DNA of 64,000 nucleotides. Source: Candidatus Poribacteria bacterium (GTDB lineage: Bacteria; Poribacteria; WGA-4E; JAJDTR01). The position numbers were made by a program, and so were the translations under genes. The notes under the pieces were generated by a model. It was not told where the DNA came from. It saw nothing but the letters and a program-made list of their open reading frames with translations, and searched no databases. Where the stretch lies: NCBI GenBank assembly GCA_965222225.1, contig CBDCTK010000002.1, positions 256,001 to 320,000 on the forward strand, given 5' to 3'. Of this stretch, positions 19,279-29,863 are shown one piece after another. How positions within the stretch are numbered: position 1 is the first letter of the stretch; the number at the start of each line of letters is the position of its first letter.

Positions 19279-22200
19279 CTATGAACACCCACTTGTTGCG
19301 CCGCAATTGGCGCAACGGTAGCACGTTCCGCTTCGCGTCATGATTGTACCGCAGGCATGGCATGGAGGCGCATCGGACTGCATAGTTGCCACTTGCTTTT
19401 CACGCGCTTCAATGGCTTCAATCTTGTCGGCATGCGCGCCGGATGATAAGGGACTCAGTAATCGCAACTCGGCTAGTTGGTCTTCAAGACTTGCAACTTC
19501 ATCGCCGTCAATTTGGCTGTCGGGGAGGAATTGTAGTCCGAGCCAGCGGAACACATAATCGATTATGGACTTGGCAATCGGAATATCTTTATTGTTCGTG
19601 AACCCCGATGGTTCAAATCGGATATGACTGAACTTGTTCACAAAGAACTCCAACGGTACACCGTGTTGTAACGAGACCGAGGTCATCAACGCAATGGTGT
19701 TCATCAGCCCGGAGATGACCGATCCGTCTTTCGCCATGTTAAGGAATATTTCTCCGGGTCTCCCATCCTCATACATGCCAACGGTGAGATAACCTTTATG
19801 TCCCCCGACACTAAACTTGTGGGTGATTGAGTTGCGTAGATCGGGCAGCCGCTTGCGGACAGGATGACTCTCTTTCTCCTCCTGCTGATTCGACGAGGAC
19901 AACGGTTGACTACTCTTGGAGCCATCCCGGTAGACCGCCAAACATTTGACGCCGAGTTTCCACGCCTCAACATACACTTGTGTAATGTCTTCCATGGTAG
20001 CATCATTCGTAAGATTGACCGTCTTGCTAATTGCGCCACTGATAAATGGCTGAACTGCCGCCATCATTCTGACATGTCCCATCGGTTCGATGAAACGGGT
20101 TCCAATTCGCCCACACTTGTTCGCGCAATCGAAGATGGGATAGTGCACTTCCTTGAGATACGGGGCCCCTTCGACCGTCCCGTATCCGCAGATGATTTCA
20201 TCGGCGGCATCAATCTCTTCCTGACGGAATCCAATTGCGCTTAAGATATTAAATCCCGGCTCTTGCGCTTTCGCACTATCAATTCCCAAGCGTTTCAAAC
20301 AGTCGTCGCCGAGGATACCGGGAGCAAAAGCGAGTTCCGAACTAAAAACCCTTGGCAGTATCTGCTCTATTTTGCGCAAATCCTCATCGGTGAAGCCCTT
20401 GTCCTTGAGTGTTCGCTCGTTGATGTAGGGTACGCCCTTGAGCGTCCCCGAACCTACAATGTAGGTGACGATTTCATCAATTTGACTGCGTGGATAGCCG
20501 AGATGCGCCAACGCTTTCGGTACAGCCTGATTGACAATCTTGAGAGACCCTCCACCTGCTAGTTTCTTGAACTTCACGAGCGCAAAATCGGGTTCTATAC
20601 CCGTCGTATCACAATCCATCAAGAACCCGATGGTACCCGTCGGAGCAATAACGCTAATCTGCGAATTTCGGTATCCGAATCGTTCACCCGTCTGCACACA
20701 GGCATCCCAATCCTCATGCGCCGCTTTGAGCAAATTTTGTGGGCACGCAATTTCGTCGAGTTTGTACGCCTCGTTGTGGTGCATCCGCATGACATCTAGC
20801 ATTGACGCCCGGTTTTCGTCGAATCCGGCAAAAGCCCCAACGCTACTTGCTATCTCCGCACTCGTAAGATAACCGTGTCCAGATAAAATAGCTGATAAGG
20901 CTCCAGCCCAAGCCAAGCCAACCTCCGAATCATATGGGATTCCGTTCAACATCAATAGCGCGCCCAGATTTCCATACCCCAAGCCTAACGGACGGAAATC
21001 ATGGGACCGCCTCGCAATCCGGTCAGTCGGGTATGATGAAATTTCCACGATAATCTCCATGGCTATGATGAAGATACGGATAGCATTACGGTAAGCTTCA
21101 ACGTCAAATGTTCCATCCTCATTCAGGAACTTCACCAAATTAATGCTTGCCAGATTACACGACGTGTCATCCAAGAAGACGAACTCGCTGCACGGGTTAG
21201 TTGCGTTAATCCTATCTGTGTTCTTACAGGTGTTCCATTTCTGAATGGTGCCGTCAAACTGAACACCCGGGTCCGCGCACGCCCATGCGGCGCACGAAAT
21301 TTTGTCCATTAAGTGTTTCGCATCGTGCTCGTCGGCGACCTTCCCATTCATGCGATACGTCGTATGCCATTTTCCGTCCTTAAGGTATGAGTCCATGAAG
21401 GCGTCGGGTATTCGGACGGAATTATTGCTATTTTGTCCACTGATTGTTCGGTATGCTTCCCCATTAAAATCGGATTCATAACCGGCTGCAATCAGTGCTT
21501 GTGCTTTTTTCTCTTCGTGCAGCTTCCAGTCAATGAAGTCGTCAATCTCCGGATGATCCATGTCAAGGATAACCATCTTCGCCGCCCTGCGGGTCGTTCC
21601 CCCGGACTTTATGCTTCCCGCCCAGCGGTCAAAACCTTCAAGGAATGAGAGAACTCCCGACGATGCCCCGCCGCCAGACAGTTCCTCTCGCTTTGCTCGA
21701 ATCTTGCTGAAATTTGTGCCCGTGCCGCTCCCGTACTTGAAGAGGCGAACTTCCGCTTTCTGTAATTCAAGCATGGAGTCAAGCGAGTCATCTACACTCT
21801 GGATAAAACACGCAGAGTTTTGCGGGTGTTCGTATGCATTTGTCGTTGTCCGGACGCTTTGCGTTGCTCGATCCCAGAAGAAACTACCACCGCCACCTTC
21901 AATTCCGTATTCATGCCAAAGCCCGCAATTGAACCAAACAGGGGAGTTGAATGCCCCTCGTTGTGAAATCAGCAGAAAGGTTAATTCCGACTCAAATGCC
22001 TCTGCATCCTCAGACGTTGCAAAGTAGCCCCTGAATTCGTCTCCGGAGCGGCGGATGGTACGGGCAACTCGTCTGACCAACTGACGCATGCTTACTTCGT
22101 TGCCGGTGCCTGGTACACCGGCTTTACGGAGGTATTTCGATGCCCCTATATCAGTCGCCAATTGTGACCAAGATTTTGGAACTTCGACGCCTTTTTGCTC

Positions 22201-22398
22201 AAAAATCGTATCTCCGTTTTCATTATAGATAGCCGCGTCTCTATGTTCCCATTCCATTTCATCAAACGGATGGATGCCGGAATTAGTGAAATAGCGGTTA
22301 ATCTTCAAGCCGCGCTTCCGTGGGGCATCAGGTTGTTCAACGCGAGGGGATTCGTCGGACGGTGCCGCGACGATTGAATCGACATTAGGGTCAGACAT
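19279..22398 (-). CDS. nrdJ: Class II (adenosylcobalamin-dependent) ribonucleotide reductase
   Basis: FNSPVWFN, SACFI, GGTTRRAAKM, TNPCSEF, APTGTI and GAISKTVN motifs; C-terminal TSCPD-like domain and Zn ribbon. Confidence 0.95.
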   Translation of the reverse strand: MSDPNVDSIVAAPSDESPRVEQPDAPRKRGLKINRYFTNSGIHPFDEMEWEHRDAAIYNENGDTIFEQKGVEVPKSWSQLATDIGASKYLRKAGVPGTGNEVSMRQLVRRVARTIRRSGDEFRGYFATSEDAEAFESELTFLLISQRGAFNSPVWFNCGLWHEYGIEGGGGSFFWDRATQSVRTTTNAYEHPQNSACFIQSVDDSLDSMLELQKAEVRLFKYGSGTGTNFSKIRAKREELSGGGASSGVLSFLEGFDRWAGSIKSGGTTRRAAKMVILDMDHPEIDDFIDWKLHEEKKAQALIAAGYESDFNGEAYRTISGQNSNNSVRIPDAFMDSYLKDGKWHTTYRMNGKVADEHDAKHLMDKISCAAWACADPGVQFDGTIQKWNTCKNTDRINATNPCSEFVFLDDTSCNLASINLVKFLNEDGTFDVEAYRNAIRIFIIAMEIIVEISSYPTDRIARRSHDFRPLGLGYGNLGALLMLNGIPYDSEVGLAWAGALSAILSGHGYLTSAEIASSVGAFAGFDENRASMLDVMRMHHNEAYKLDEIACPQNLLKAAHEDWDACVQTGERFGYRNSQISVIAPTGTIGFLMDCDTTGIEPDFALVKFKKLAGGGSLKIVNQAVPKALAHLGYPRSQIDEIVTYIVGSGTLKGVPYINERTLKDKGFTDEDLRKIEQILPRVFSSELAFAPGILGDDCLKRLGIDSAKAQEPGFNILSAIGFRQEEIDAADEIICGYGTVEGAPYLKEVHYPIFDCANKCGRIGTRFIEPMGHVRMMAAVQPFISGAISKTVNLTNDATMEDITQVYVEAWKLGVKCLAVYRDGSKSSQPLSSSNQQEEKESHPVRKRLPDLRNSITHKFSVGGHKGYLTVGMYEDGRPGEIFLNMAKDGSVISGLMNTIALMTSVSLQHGVPLEFFVNKFSHIRFEPSGFTNNKDIPIAKSIIDYVFRWLGLQFLPDSQIDGDEVASLEDQLAELRLLSPLSSGAHADKIEAIEAREKQVATMQSDAPPCHACGTIMTRSGTCYRCANCGATSGCS

Positions 22399-22614
22399 CT
22401 TTCTTCCTTTCGAAGCCGCAGACTTGCAAGATTGAATTCACAAGAGAGAAGCCGCAACTGCGCAATATTGCAATTCTCCAATCTTTAAATAGTGCATATA
22501 ATCATACCAATTGTGCATTTTTGATGCTCGCTGGTAGGAATCTACTTCAACCAAATGCTTTGAAGAGTTTTCGTGTAATGAAATTCAAACTCACTCAACT
22601 CTGACACGCAAACT

Positions 22615-23079
22615 CTATCGTGGATTTTGCGTAAGCTGCTGCAACTCCTTTTCAAAATCCGCTACATCCTTAAAATCACGATAGACAGAAGCAAAGCGAA
22701 TATAAGCGACTTTGTCGGTGTCTTTGAGTATGTCCATGACCAACTCGCCAATTGACCGACTGTCAATCTCCGACTTCCGCTTGCTAATCAACTGCTGCTC
22801 GATTTCTCCAATCAGGCGATCGATCGTCTCTTGACTAATCGGTCGCTTTTCACACGCCTTCATCAGGTTGCGCCTCAACTTTCCCCGATTAAACGCTTCG
22901 CGCCGCTGGTCTTTCTTGATGACGAACAAATCCAGTACCTCTGCCCGCTCGTATGTGGTGAACCGCTTTGCACAAGTGGAGGTGAGGCATTCTCGACGCC
23001 TACGGGTGACACTCCTACTGTCAGTCTCGCGTTTATCAAGTACCTTTGTCTCGAAACTCCCACAGTACGGACATTTCAT
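22615..23079 (-). CDS. nrdR: Transcriptional repressor NrdR
   Basis: MKCPYC Zn ribbon, RRRREC, RFTTYE, ATP cone and AYIRFASVY. Confidence 0.97.
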   Translation of the reverse strand: MKCPYCGSFETKVLDKRETDSRSVTRRRRECLTSTCAKRFTTYERAEVLDLFVIKKDQRREAFNRGKLRRNLMKACEKRPISQETIDRLIGEIEQQLISKRKSEIDSRSIGELVMDILKDTDKVAYIRFASVYRDFKDVADFEKELQQLTQNPR

Positions 23080-23129
23080 AAATCACCGGCATCTTGTGTA
23101 TAATTCTAAAGTTTAATACAATATCCGAT

Positions 23130-23158
23130 ATAATATCAAGAGACCACAAATTTGTCAA
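23130..23158 (-). promoter_or_regulatory. Sigma70 promoter of nrdR(-nrdJ)
   Basis: Minus strand TTGACA-17 nt-TATTAT, about 50 nt upstream of the nrdR ATG. Confidence 0.6.
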
Positions 23159-23492
23159 TAATTTATTTGCAGATTTTTTTGCTGTCTCCGGGGCAAATTT
23201 CCACGGTTTATTTGCATTTCAACTTTGCGACAAAAAACTTCAATGCCGGAATACCCGGACAACGATGGATGAAAGGCTACGAATTAGTTGATGGTAAAGA
23301 TGGCATTTGGATTGCGCGAAACCGTAGAAACTGGTTGAATGGGTTAACTTGAAACAAAATCGTAAGACACTGCGTTTTTTCGGCTAGAGGAAGCAATCGC
23401 ATTGTAGGCGGAATTTTTTTGCAAAATACGGTACACAAAGATACAGTATCGATTAGTCAAGCGTGAGTGGCGCAAACTTGAATCAATTTCAA

Positions 23493-23521
23493 TTGAAAGT
23501 AATCAGAAGGTGTGTTATAAT
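23493..23521 (+). promoter_or_regulatory. Near-consensus sigma70 promoter
   Basis: TTGAAA-17 nt-TATAAT with an extended -10 TG. Confidence 0.65.
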
Positions 23522-23632
23522 ACCAAGTTGGTGAATATTGAAGATTCAAGGTGCGAGAATTGGTTCCTTCCCACATCAATTGGTCCGTTCTCTTGCGAGA
23601 GAAATGTGGATTTCCCCGGTTTTTTGTATTTG

Positions 23633-23737
23633 ACCCGAGTTGTTAGATATTCCAGTCGGTCAAGTTGTTTATTCGCCCGAATAGTTGGCGGATCGGGTTA
23701 GGAAGTCCGACCTATCGGTATGGGTAACAACTCGGGT
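23633..23737. mobile_element. MITE-like element
   Basis: Perfect 13-bp inverted ends ACCCGAGTTGTTA / TAACAACTCGGGT; a similar end CAACTTGGGTTAG occurs at 112-124. Confidence 0.55.
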
Positions 23738-23974
23738 TAGTTAGCGATTCTATTTGTGGATTGCTCTGCCGACATGCCAAGGGTGTTACCAGTAGGCTTT
23801 CCGGGTAGATAGCGAGTCAAGCGCGAAGATTCCAGATTGAGCCGGTTTGAATACCGTCGTGGATTATTGGCAAATCAATCATCGGCGGGTGAGGTTCAAT
23901 CGCAGAGGTGTTCAAACTAAAGTAGCTTGGTGGTATTGGGCAAACCTTGAAAGACCATGGGAGCGAGGTAAGAA

Positions 23975-24907
23975 ATGAAAGAAAATCCATCTCGGCCAGG
24001 AAACATAAAAGTCGTCGAAACAACGCCTTCGGAAGCCTTGGTTGTTTCTGCGCAGCGAGGACGCGGGCTTGTTACCAAGCAGGATGATAACGTTGAGGAT
24101 AGAGGCCGTTTTGGCAAACGCAAACGTAAGAGCGGTCCTACAGAGGAACATATCAAACGGGTTGTATTTGAAAATCTTGACGCCTTCCCAAGCAACGAAG
24201 TCCGCATGCTGCGAGGCGTATTTTCATTATCGACCACGGCAGTGCGTGAAGTTATGATTCCTCTTTCGGAACTTGTGGCGGTACACGTCAACACGCCAAC
24301 GGACCGAGTCAAAGCCATAGCGGAAAGTGCCAATTATCGTTTTGTTCCTGTTTTTGAGGAGCGTATAGATAGGCTTATTGGCGTCGTAGATGTCATGGAA
24401 ATCCTTTATACCCCGCGTGAATATAACGATGTGAGCGCTTTTGCTCGACGACTGGAGCGAGTGCCGGAAACAAAACCCGCGGGCGAACTGCTTGAAGAGA
24501 TGCGTGGCTCAACCGAGCCCGTAGCAGCCGTTATCGGAGAACATGCCGGGTGCACCGGCTTCGTGACATTGGAGGATATTCTTGAGTTAATTGTCGGTGA
24601 AATCCGCTACAACCACAAGCGCCACAGTCCACACACGGAATTGCTTGGCAATGATCACTGGTCACTTGATGCACGTACCTCAATTGATGTTGTCAATGAT
24701 GAATTGGGTACCGATATACCTAAAAATCATTATGATACGATTGGCGGCTTCATATTGGCTCAACTCGGTCGTCTCCCGGAACGAGGCGAAAAGGTCGTCT
24801 ATGACAATATCGAATTCATGGTTGAGGAGGTTTTCGGATACGGCATAATCTCTGTTCAAGCAGCGCGCGTCGATATTCCAAGAAACCGGAAGAAACGCAG
24901 TAGATAA
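23975..24907 (+). CDS. CBS-pair / CorC_HlyC domain protein (hemolysin-family, lacking the TM domain)
   Basis: VREVMIP, VTLEDILELIVGEI and YDTIGGFI...GRLPERGE motifs. Confidence 0.88.
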   Translation: MKENPSRPGNIKVVETTPSEALVVSAQRGRGLVTKQDDNVEDRGRFGKRKRKSGPTEEHIKRVVFENLDAFPSNEVRMLRGVFSLSTTAVREVMIPLSELVAVHVNTPTDRVKAIAESANYRFVPVFEERIDRLIGVVDVMEILYTPREYNDVSAFARRLERVPETKPAGELLEEMRGSTEPVAAVIGEHAGCTGFVTLEDILELIVGEIRYNHKRHSPHTELLGNDHWSLDARTSIDVVNDELGTDIPKNHYDTIGGFILAQLGRLPERGEKVVYDNIEFMVEEVFGYGIISVQAARVDIPRNRKKRSR

Positions 24908-24955
24908 AGTTGTTTCTTTGAGCAGTAGACTTGAGAAATCCATGTTAGGTAGGTC

Positions 24956-25090
24956 ATGAAATCTGTCAAGCCGCCCTCGCAACGTGCGATAAAACCTGGG
25001 GCATGGAAGTTAATCGTGTTCTATCTTATCGTGTTGATAGCCATACTTGTTCTGATCTGGAAAATGCCCTTAATCGTGAGTCTAATCTGA
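24956..25090 (+). CDS. Putative 44-aa single-pass membrane protein (below the ORF-track cutoff)
   Basis: MKSVKPPSQRAIKPGAWKLIVFYLIVLIAILVLIWKMPLIVSLI; AGGT-type RBS; fills the gap between two co-oriented genes. Confidence 0.55.
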   Translation: MKSVKPPSQRAIKPGAWKLIVFYLIVLIAILVLIWKMPLIVSLI

Positions 25091-25130
25091 ACCGTTGGAA
25101 TTAACCTAGCGAGGAAAAATCGAGCCCCGA

Positions 25131-26534
25131 ATGCAACACCCGTGGTTTCCGAATCGCTCAGCCTCGAAAAAGAGAATGCTCCGAGTATCTCCCGCCACGG
25201 CGCAAATCTTTTTCACAATTGTAATTCTCATCCATACGATTGCTTGTTCGCAAGAATCGCCGTCCGTCACAGACAAACTGGAAATCATCTCTCCCCATCC
25301 TGAATCCATTGAGAAAGAGTTCGAGCGCAGTTTCAAGCAATGGTATACCCAGAATACAGGGAAAACGGTCGAGCTGAAATGGGTTGACTTGGGCGGTTCT
25401 TCTTCCGACTTCCGTTTCATTGAATCTGAATTTAAACGTGTCCCCGAAGGAATTGGCATCGATCTTTTTTTTGGCGGCGGGACAGACAATTACCTCAAAC
25501 TCGCCGGGGAGGGATTGCTTTTTCCCTACAAGTTGCCCGATTCGCTGTTGGCGCGGGTGCCCAAAGAAATCTTCGGAATCCCCGTGTATGACCCCGAATA
25601 TCGCTGGTACGGGGCAGCGCTTTCCAGTTTTGGCATCATGTACAATGAAGAGTTGCGCCAACATCTCGGGTTGCCCGAGGTGTCAACATGGAAAGATTTG
25701 ACGCGCCCCGACTTGGTTGGTCGAGTAGGCGCAGCAGACCCTCGCGAAAGTGGAAGCGCCCACATGATGTACGAAATTATCTTACAGGGATATGGCTGGG
25801 AAAAAGGGTTTGAACTCATCACGAAACTGAGCGCAAATGTACGCGGATTTTCTGCAGGGTCGAACGCGATTCCGAAAGATGTTGTATCCGGGCAAGTTAT
25901 CTATGGGATGGCAATCGATTTCTACGCTTACGGTCAAATTGCGGTGCTTGGCGATGACATCATCAAGTATCTCGTTCCGCCGGATGCCTCGGTCGTCAGC
26001 CCCGATTCCATCGCAATTCTTAAAGGAGCGCCGAACCTAGAGGTTGCTCAGGCGTTTCTTGAATTTGTGCTTTCCGATACGGCGCAAAAACTCTGGGTGC
26101 TGCGTGACGATGATCCCGAAGGACCAAAATGGCGGGGCGGCTTAAACCGGGCGAGTGTCGTTCCCGAATTATATGATGAGCTCGGCGACCGATGCGTGGT
26201 TATCAACCCTTTCAAGCGGGAATTGAAACCGATTCGGTACGACGCCGCCAAAGGCGGGGAACGCTGGGCGCTCATCAATGATCTCATCGGAGCCCTCTTT
26301 ATTGATTCGCACAAAGACTTAGTCGCGGCGTGGAAAGCGATCAACAAATGTAAAGACGAACAGAAGCGGGAAGCAGCAATTGACAGACTGACGGAAATGC
26401 CGATTACGGCGGAAGAGGGGATGCAGATAGCGCAATCGGAGTGGAAAAAGCCAGAATATCGAAATCGGAAACTAACCGAGTGGAACAGGTTCGCGCGGCA
26501 AAAGTACGGCGACGTATTAAAATTAACCAAGTAA
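25131..26534 (+). CDS. ABC transporter substrate-binding lipoprotein (Fe3+/thiamine-like cluster D)
   Basis: Lipobox TIAC; IISPH, GIDLFFGGG, ADPRESGS and PDSIAILKGAPN motifs; no permease gene adjacent. Confidence 0.85.
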   Translation: MQHPWFPNRSASKKRMLRVSPATAQIFFTIVILIHTIACSQESPSVTDKLEIISPHPESIEKEFERSFKQWYTQNTGKTVELKWVDLGGSSSDFRFIESEFKRVPEGIGIDLFFGGGTDNYLKLAGEGLLFPYKLPDSLLARVPKEIFGIPVYDPEYRWYGAALSSFGIMYNEELRQHLGLPEVSTWKDLTRPDLVGRVGAADPRESGSAHMMYEIILQGYGWEKGFELITKLSANVRGFSAGSNAIPKDVVSGQVIYGMAIDFYAYGQIAVLGDDIIKYLVPPDASVVSPDSIAILKGAPNLEVAQAFLEFVLSDTAQKLWVLRDDDPEGPKWRGGLNRASVVPELYDELGDRCVVINPFKRELKPIRYDAAKGGERWALINDLIGALFIDSHKDLVAAWKAINKCKDEQKREAAIDRLTEMPITAEEGMQIAQSEWKKPEYRNRKLTEWNRFARQKYGDVLKLTK

Positions 26535-26567
26535 TACGATTTCAAAGCCTAGTTGTTACAGCCGCCC

Positions 26568-26635
26568 TGTAGGGTGGGATCAAAGGAGATCAAGCGAATG
26601 AATAATGAGCGCGATAGAAGATCCCCTGCCCACCA
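26568..26635. repeat. GTAG REP interrupted by the CTATCGC module
   Basis: TGTAGGGTGGG...CTGCCCACCAT ends match the REP at 45368-45391, with a roughly 45-nt insert shared with 47451-47499. Confidence 0.65.
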
Positions 26636-28123
26636 TCAAACGTTAGAATACCTCAACTCTACCAACTCCGTCGTCGGGTCCAACGGATAGATTGGCCGCC
26701 TTAAATTCTCATACCTGAAATTCGTAAGGTTCGGGCTGTGGACACCGGGCGTATCTACCTCCACTATCTCGTGGGCAATCGGCGTGTAGTCCGCGCGGAA
26801 ATGGACAGCAGATTTCAGCGCAATGAGTTTCCTATCCCTCGGTTCTATGCCGACACTGCGAAGGACTTCCGCATCAAGCGGCTGTGACCGACATTCGGTT
26901 AAAATAACCTCTACTCCTCCTGTCTTAATCACCGCGGTACGTCCCATTCTGTCGGTGGCTCCCCGAGCCATCGGTCCCTTGCGCACATAAACACCATCGG
27001 AAATTGTTTTCACATAGGCATCAAGTGTCACCGGTTCGCCGTGCATGTCGTCGGTCTTGCCGCCAACGTTGAGCGTTACGCGGTTTCCGACGCCGGCTTC
27101 AATCGCTTGGGCGACAGATTCGGGATCTGCGATGATTGCCACAACGGCATCTTGAACATCAGCCTCTACGAAAGAGCGTAGGATAGCTGTGCCATCACAG
27201 GGGCCCCCGCCGCCGGGATTGTCGGCGCCTTCCGCCAGAACAATGGGCTTCCCTTCCGTTTGATTTGCATGTTCGATGGCTTCCTCAATCGAAACAAGGT
27301 TTGTACGAAAGTCTTCGCGTATTGACCAGATGTGTTGGGCAAATTCACCGACCTTCTGTTCGGCGAACTCACGATTCCCGTCAGTGGTTACGAGCACGGA
27401 AACGCCCGCGTCATGGATGTCCGCAAAAGGAAACCCCATCGACAACGTTGCCGTGATTACACCATCTTCAGATTCCAGCTGGTGGAGTTTCTTCACGAGG
27501 TCACTCGCTGGCGGTCTCATGGTACACTGTGCCGGCGGCGATGTCAAAAGCGGGAGTTGGCGGTATGCCATTGTGGGCTTAATCTCTCCCCGCACCGTTT
27601 TGTAGATGACTTCAACCGCTTCGACTCCCCGCTCGTAAGTGTCAACATGGGGGTAGGTGTCGAATCCGATTATCACGTCGGGGTACTTCACGCTGTCGGG
27701 AGTGATGTTGGCGTGAAGATCGAATGTTACGACAATGGGACGGGAACCGACAATCTCACGCACACTGGAGATTAGATCGGCTTCGGCATCCTCGATCTCC
27801 TCCGTCACCATGGCACCGTGCAGATCGAGCACTACTCCATCAATCTCTCCGGCACCGGAAAGCAGATTAAGAAATTCGGATTTGAGCGCGTCATAAGCGT
27901 CCTGTTCGACCTTTCTGGACGGGGTGGCAAAACTCCAGAGGAGCGGAACAAGCTCTATCTTCAGTTCATCGGCGGCGTCAATAATACCGCCCGTAATGGT
28001 GCGGGTATTTCCGAAATTTTTGCGAATGTCGTCCCCGACCATCCTGCTGAAACTGTCGATTGTGGTCGGAACGGGCGAAAAAGTATTCGTTTCGTGCCCG
28101 ATACACCCTGTCGCAATCCGCAT
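26636..28123 (-). CDS. M81 family metallopeptidase (MlrC-like)
   Basis: HETNTFSP, LDLHGAM, DLHAN, TYPHVD, DNPGGG and LKSAVHFRA motifs. Confidence 0.93.
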   Translation of the reverse strand: MRIATGCIGHETNTFSPVPTTIDSFSRMVGDDIRKNFGNTRTITGGIIDAADELKIELVPLLWSFATPSRKVEQDAYDALKSEFLNLLSGAGEIDGVVLDLHGAMVTEEIEDAEADLISSVREIVGSRPIVVTFDLHANITPDSVKYPDVIIGFDTYPHVDTYERGVEAVEVIYKTVRGEIKPTMAYRQLPLLTSPPAQCTMRPPASDLVKKLHQLESEDGVITATLSMGFPFADIHDAGVSVLVTTDGNREFAEQKVGEFAQHIWSIREDFRTNLVSIEEAIEHANQTEGKPIVLAEGADNPGGGGPCDGTAILRSFVEADVQDAVVAIIADPESVAQAIEAGVGNRVTLNVGGKTDDMHGEPVTLDAYVKTISDGVYVRKGPMARGATDRMGRTAVIKTGGVEVILTECRSQPLDAEVLRSVGIEPRDRKLIALKSAVHFRADYTPIAHEIVEVDTPGVHSPNLTNFRYENLRRPIYPLDPTTELVELRYSNV

Positions 28124-28135
28124 CAACTCCCCCTT

Positions 28136-28167
28136 GAACCCGAGTTTTTTCTCGAAAACGTGGGTTC
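28136..28167. repeat. GAAACCGAG-type palindromic repeat (degenerate)
   Basis: GAACCCGAGTTTTTTCTCGAAAACGTGGGTTC; same family as 29250-29281 and 46279-46311. Confidence 0.65.
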
Positions 28168-28344
28168 TTGACAAGAACTAGCCCGTTAATTCGTCATCAG
28201 AAACGTTGATAATGGTAAATATAGCACAATCCCAGGGCGGCAACAACACATACCTACCCGTTCTCGAACAGAAAGAACTGGGGCCTCTTCCATCATTCCA
28301 CTCTTCCAATTTCGCATTCCGTTTCGGTCCTCCACCTACTCTTC

Positions 28345-29190
28345 TCAAGACCTGCGTTTTGACAACGCCCAACTTCGTCCGGGAGCATCGGCGCGGAAGG
28401 TCTCCACGTTCCCCCGGTCCGCCAGCGTCACATAACAGGTACGACCATCGGGACCACCAAAAGCGATGTTCGTGCAAAGTTTTCCTGTTAGCTGCACCTC
28501 CAATAGCACCTCGCCGTCCGGCGATACTTTCGCAATCGTGCCCTTGCCGTGTCGGGTTACGTAGAGATTGCCCGCCACATCGCACCGCATACCGTCCATA
28601 TTGAAATCGGGGAACTCGATTAGCAATCGCTTGTTACTAATCTCGCCTTCGGACGAAAGGTCATACGCCCAGATATTCAGCTGATTGGATTCGTTGACAT
28701 AGAACGTCCGCTCGTCGGGACTGACCTCAATCCCGTTGGTCGTTCCCATCTCCGCTTCCAGCAGTGTGACTTCGCCATCTGCACCAACTCGCCACAGCTG
28801 TCCTGTCGATTCAGCCCAGTTGGGATCACTGGCGTAGATTATGTCGTTCGCGCCAATGGCGAGGTCATTTGGCTGATTCATTCGCGGCTCGTGAGCGTGA
28901 ACCGAAATGTGCCACGTCTCCATGTCAACCTTCAGCACATTGTGATTGGTGTAGTCCGCGATAAACATATCACCCGCACTATTGAAACGGATACCATTTC
29001 CAACGCTGCCGCTTGGAAGTTCTACGAAAACACTCGCTTCCTCAACCGGGGTGACCTTTCCAATCGTGTGTTGCCGCGCAAAATTAACGGCGTAGAGATT
29101 GCCCTCCGCATCACAGGCGGGACCTTCAATCCCCGAGGTAAACCCGTTGACGGGCGTGAATTCCTGACTAATAAAAAGTTCCTCGTTCAT
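28345..29190 (-). CDS. SMP-30/gluconolactonase/LRE family protein
   Basis: EGPA, PNDL, NGIEVSPDE, DGMRCD and TNIAFGGPD motifs. Confidence 0.92.
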   Translation of the reverse strand: MNEELFISQEFTPVNGFTSGIEGPACDAEGNLYAVNFARQHTIGKVTPVEEASVFVELPSGSVGNGIRFNSAGDMFIADYTNHNVLKVDMETWHISVHAHEPRMNQPNDLAIGANDIIYASDPNWAESTGQLWRVGADGEVTLLEAEMGTTNGIEVSPDERTFYVNESNQLNIWAYDLSSEGEISNKRLLIEFPDFNMDGMRCDVAGNLYVTRHGKGTIAKVSPDGEVLLEVQLTGKLCTNIAFGGPDGRTCYVTLADRGNVETFRADAPGRSWALSKRRS

Positions 29191-29249
29191 TGCTTCCTAC
29201 TCCTTCGGCTACTTTGCAAAACGGAGCGCACATCAAGGAACCGAGCGAC

Positions 29250-29281
29250 GAAACCGAGGTTTTTCCTGAAAACTCGGTTTC
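29250..29281. repeat. GAAACCGAG-type palindromic repeat
   Basis: GAAACCGAGGTTTTTCCTGAAAACTCGGTTTC. Confidence 0.75.
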
Positions 29282-29630
29282 TCTGTTTTCGGTTTGAACC
29301 GACGATTCTACTTACTGATGTTCTCTGCGTTTATTTCTCATATTTTAGCACATACGCGGACACAAGGAGAAGATTTGTTACAAAATCATGCGAGATTTTT
29401 TCGATGGAATTCACAGCCGTCAGATTCTCGACAAGAAGACTCTCAGCCTATCCGTGGTTGAGGGACTTTTCTGTGGTTCACTCATGGGAATTACATCTGA
29501 TTGCAGGCGATCAATCGAGTGAACAACAATCAAGCGAATGGGTAGTGAGTAAGATTACCTATCGCCTTCCCTATTCGGTCAGTTGATCGATAGAAATCCC
29601 ATCCCTGTGTCGTCCCATGATTGTAGCAGT

Positions 29631-29863
29631 GTAGGTTGGGTTGAGAGGTCAACATCCAAGTCCTACTCAGCTTCAAAGGAGAGTCCGGCTTTTCGATAAC
29701 CCATTCGTGTACGCAAAATATAGCGAAACCCAACACACAACCGCTGCGTGTGCGATGAATGTTGGGTTTCACTCAATTTTCGGCCCCTACGGGGCAAGAT
29801 GAATCCTCGAAAACTCTCCTTCTGCATGTGACTTCTCATGATTTTTCGTTCAACCCAACCTAC
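29631..29863. repeat. REPIN/MITE-like composite element
   Basis: Perfect 14-bp inverted ends GTAGGTTGGGTTGA / TCAACCCAACCTAC; internal inverted pair GAAACCCAACA / TGTTGGGTTTC; hairpin GCCCCTACGGGGC. Confidence 0.7.

Noticed and set aside
22399-22614. Cobalamin riboswitch upstream of nrdJ
   Set aside because: No B12-box or conserved core was recognised.
23112-23158. NrdR boxes at the nrdR promoter
   Set aside because: Only half-site matches to the palindromic consensus (ACAATAT, ATAATAT); too weak without a PWM scan.
28891-29586. 231-aa plus-strand ORF
   Set aside because: It overlaps the gluconolactonase gene antisense and runs through a palindromic repeat, with no protein-like motifs.
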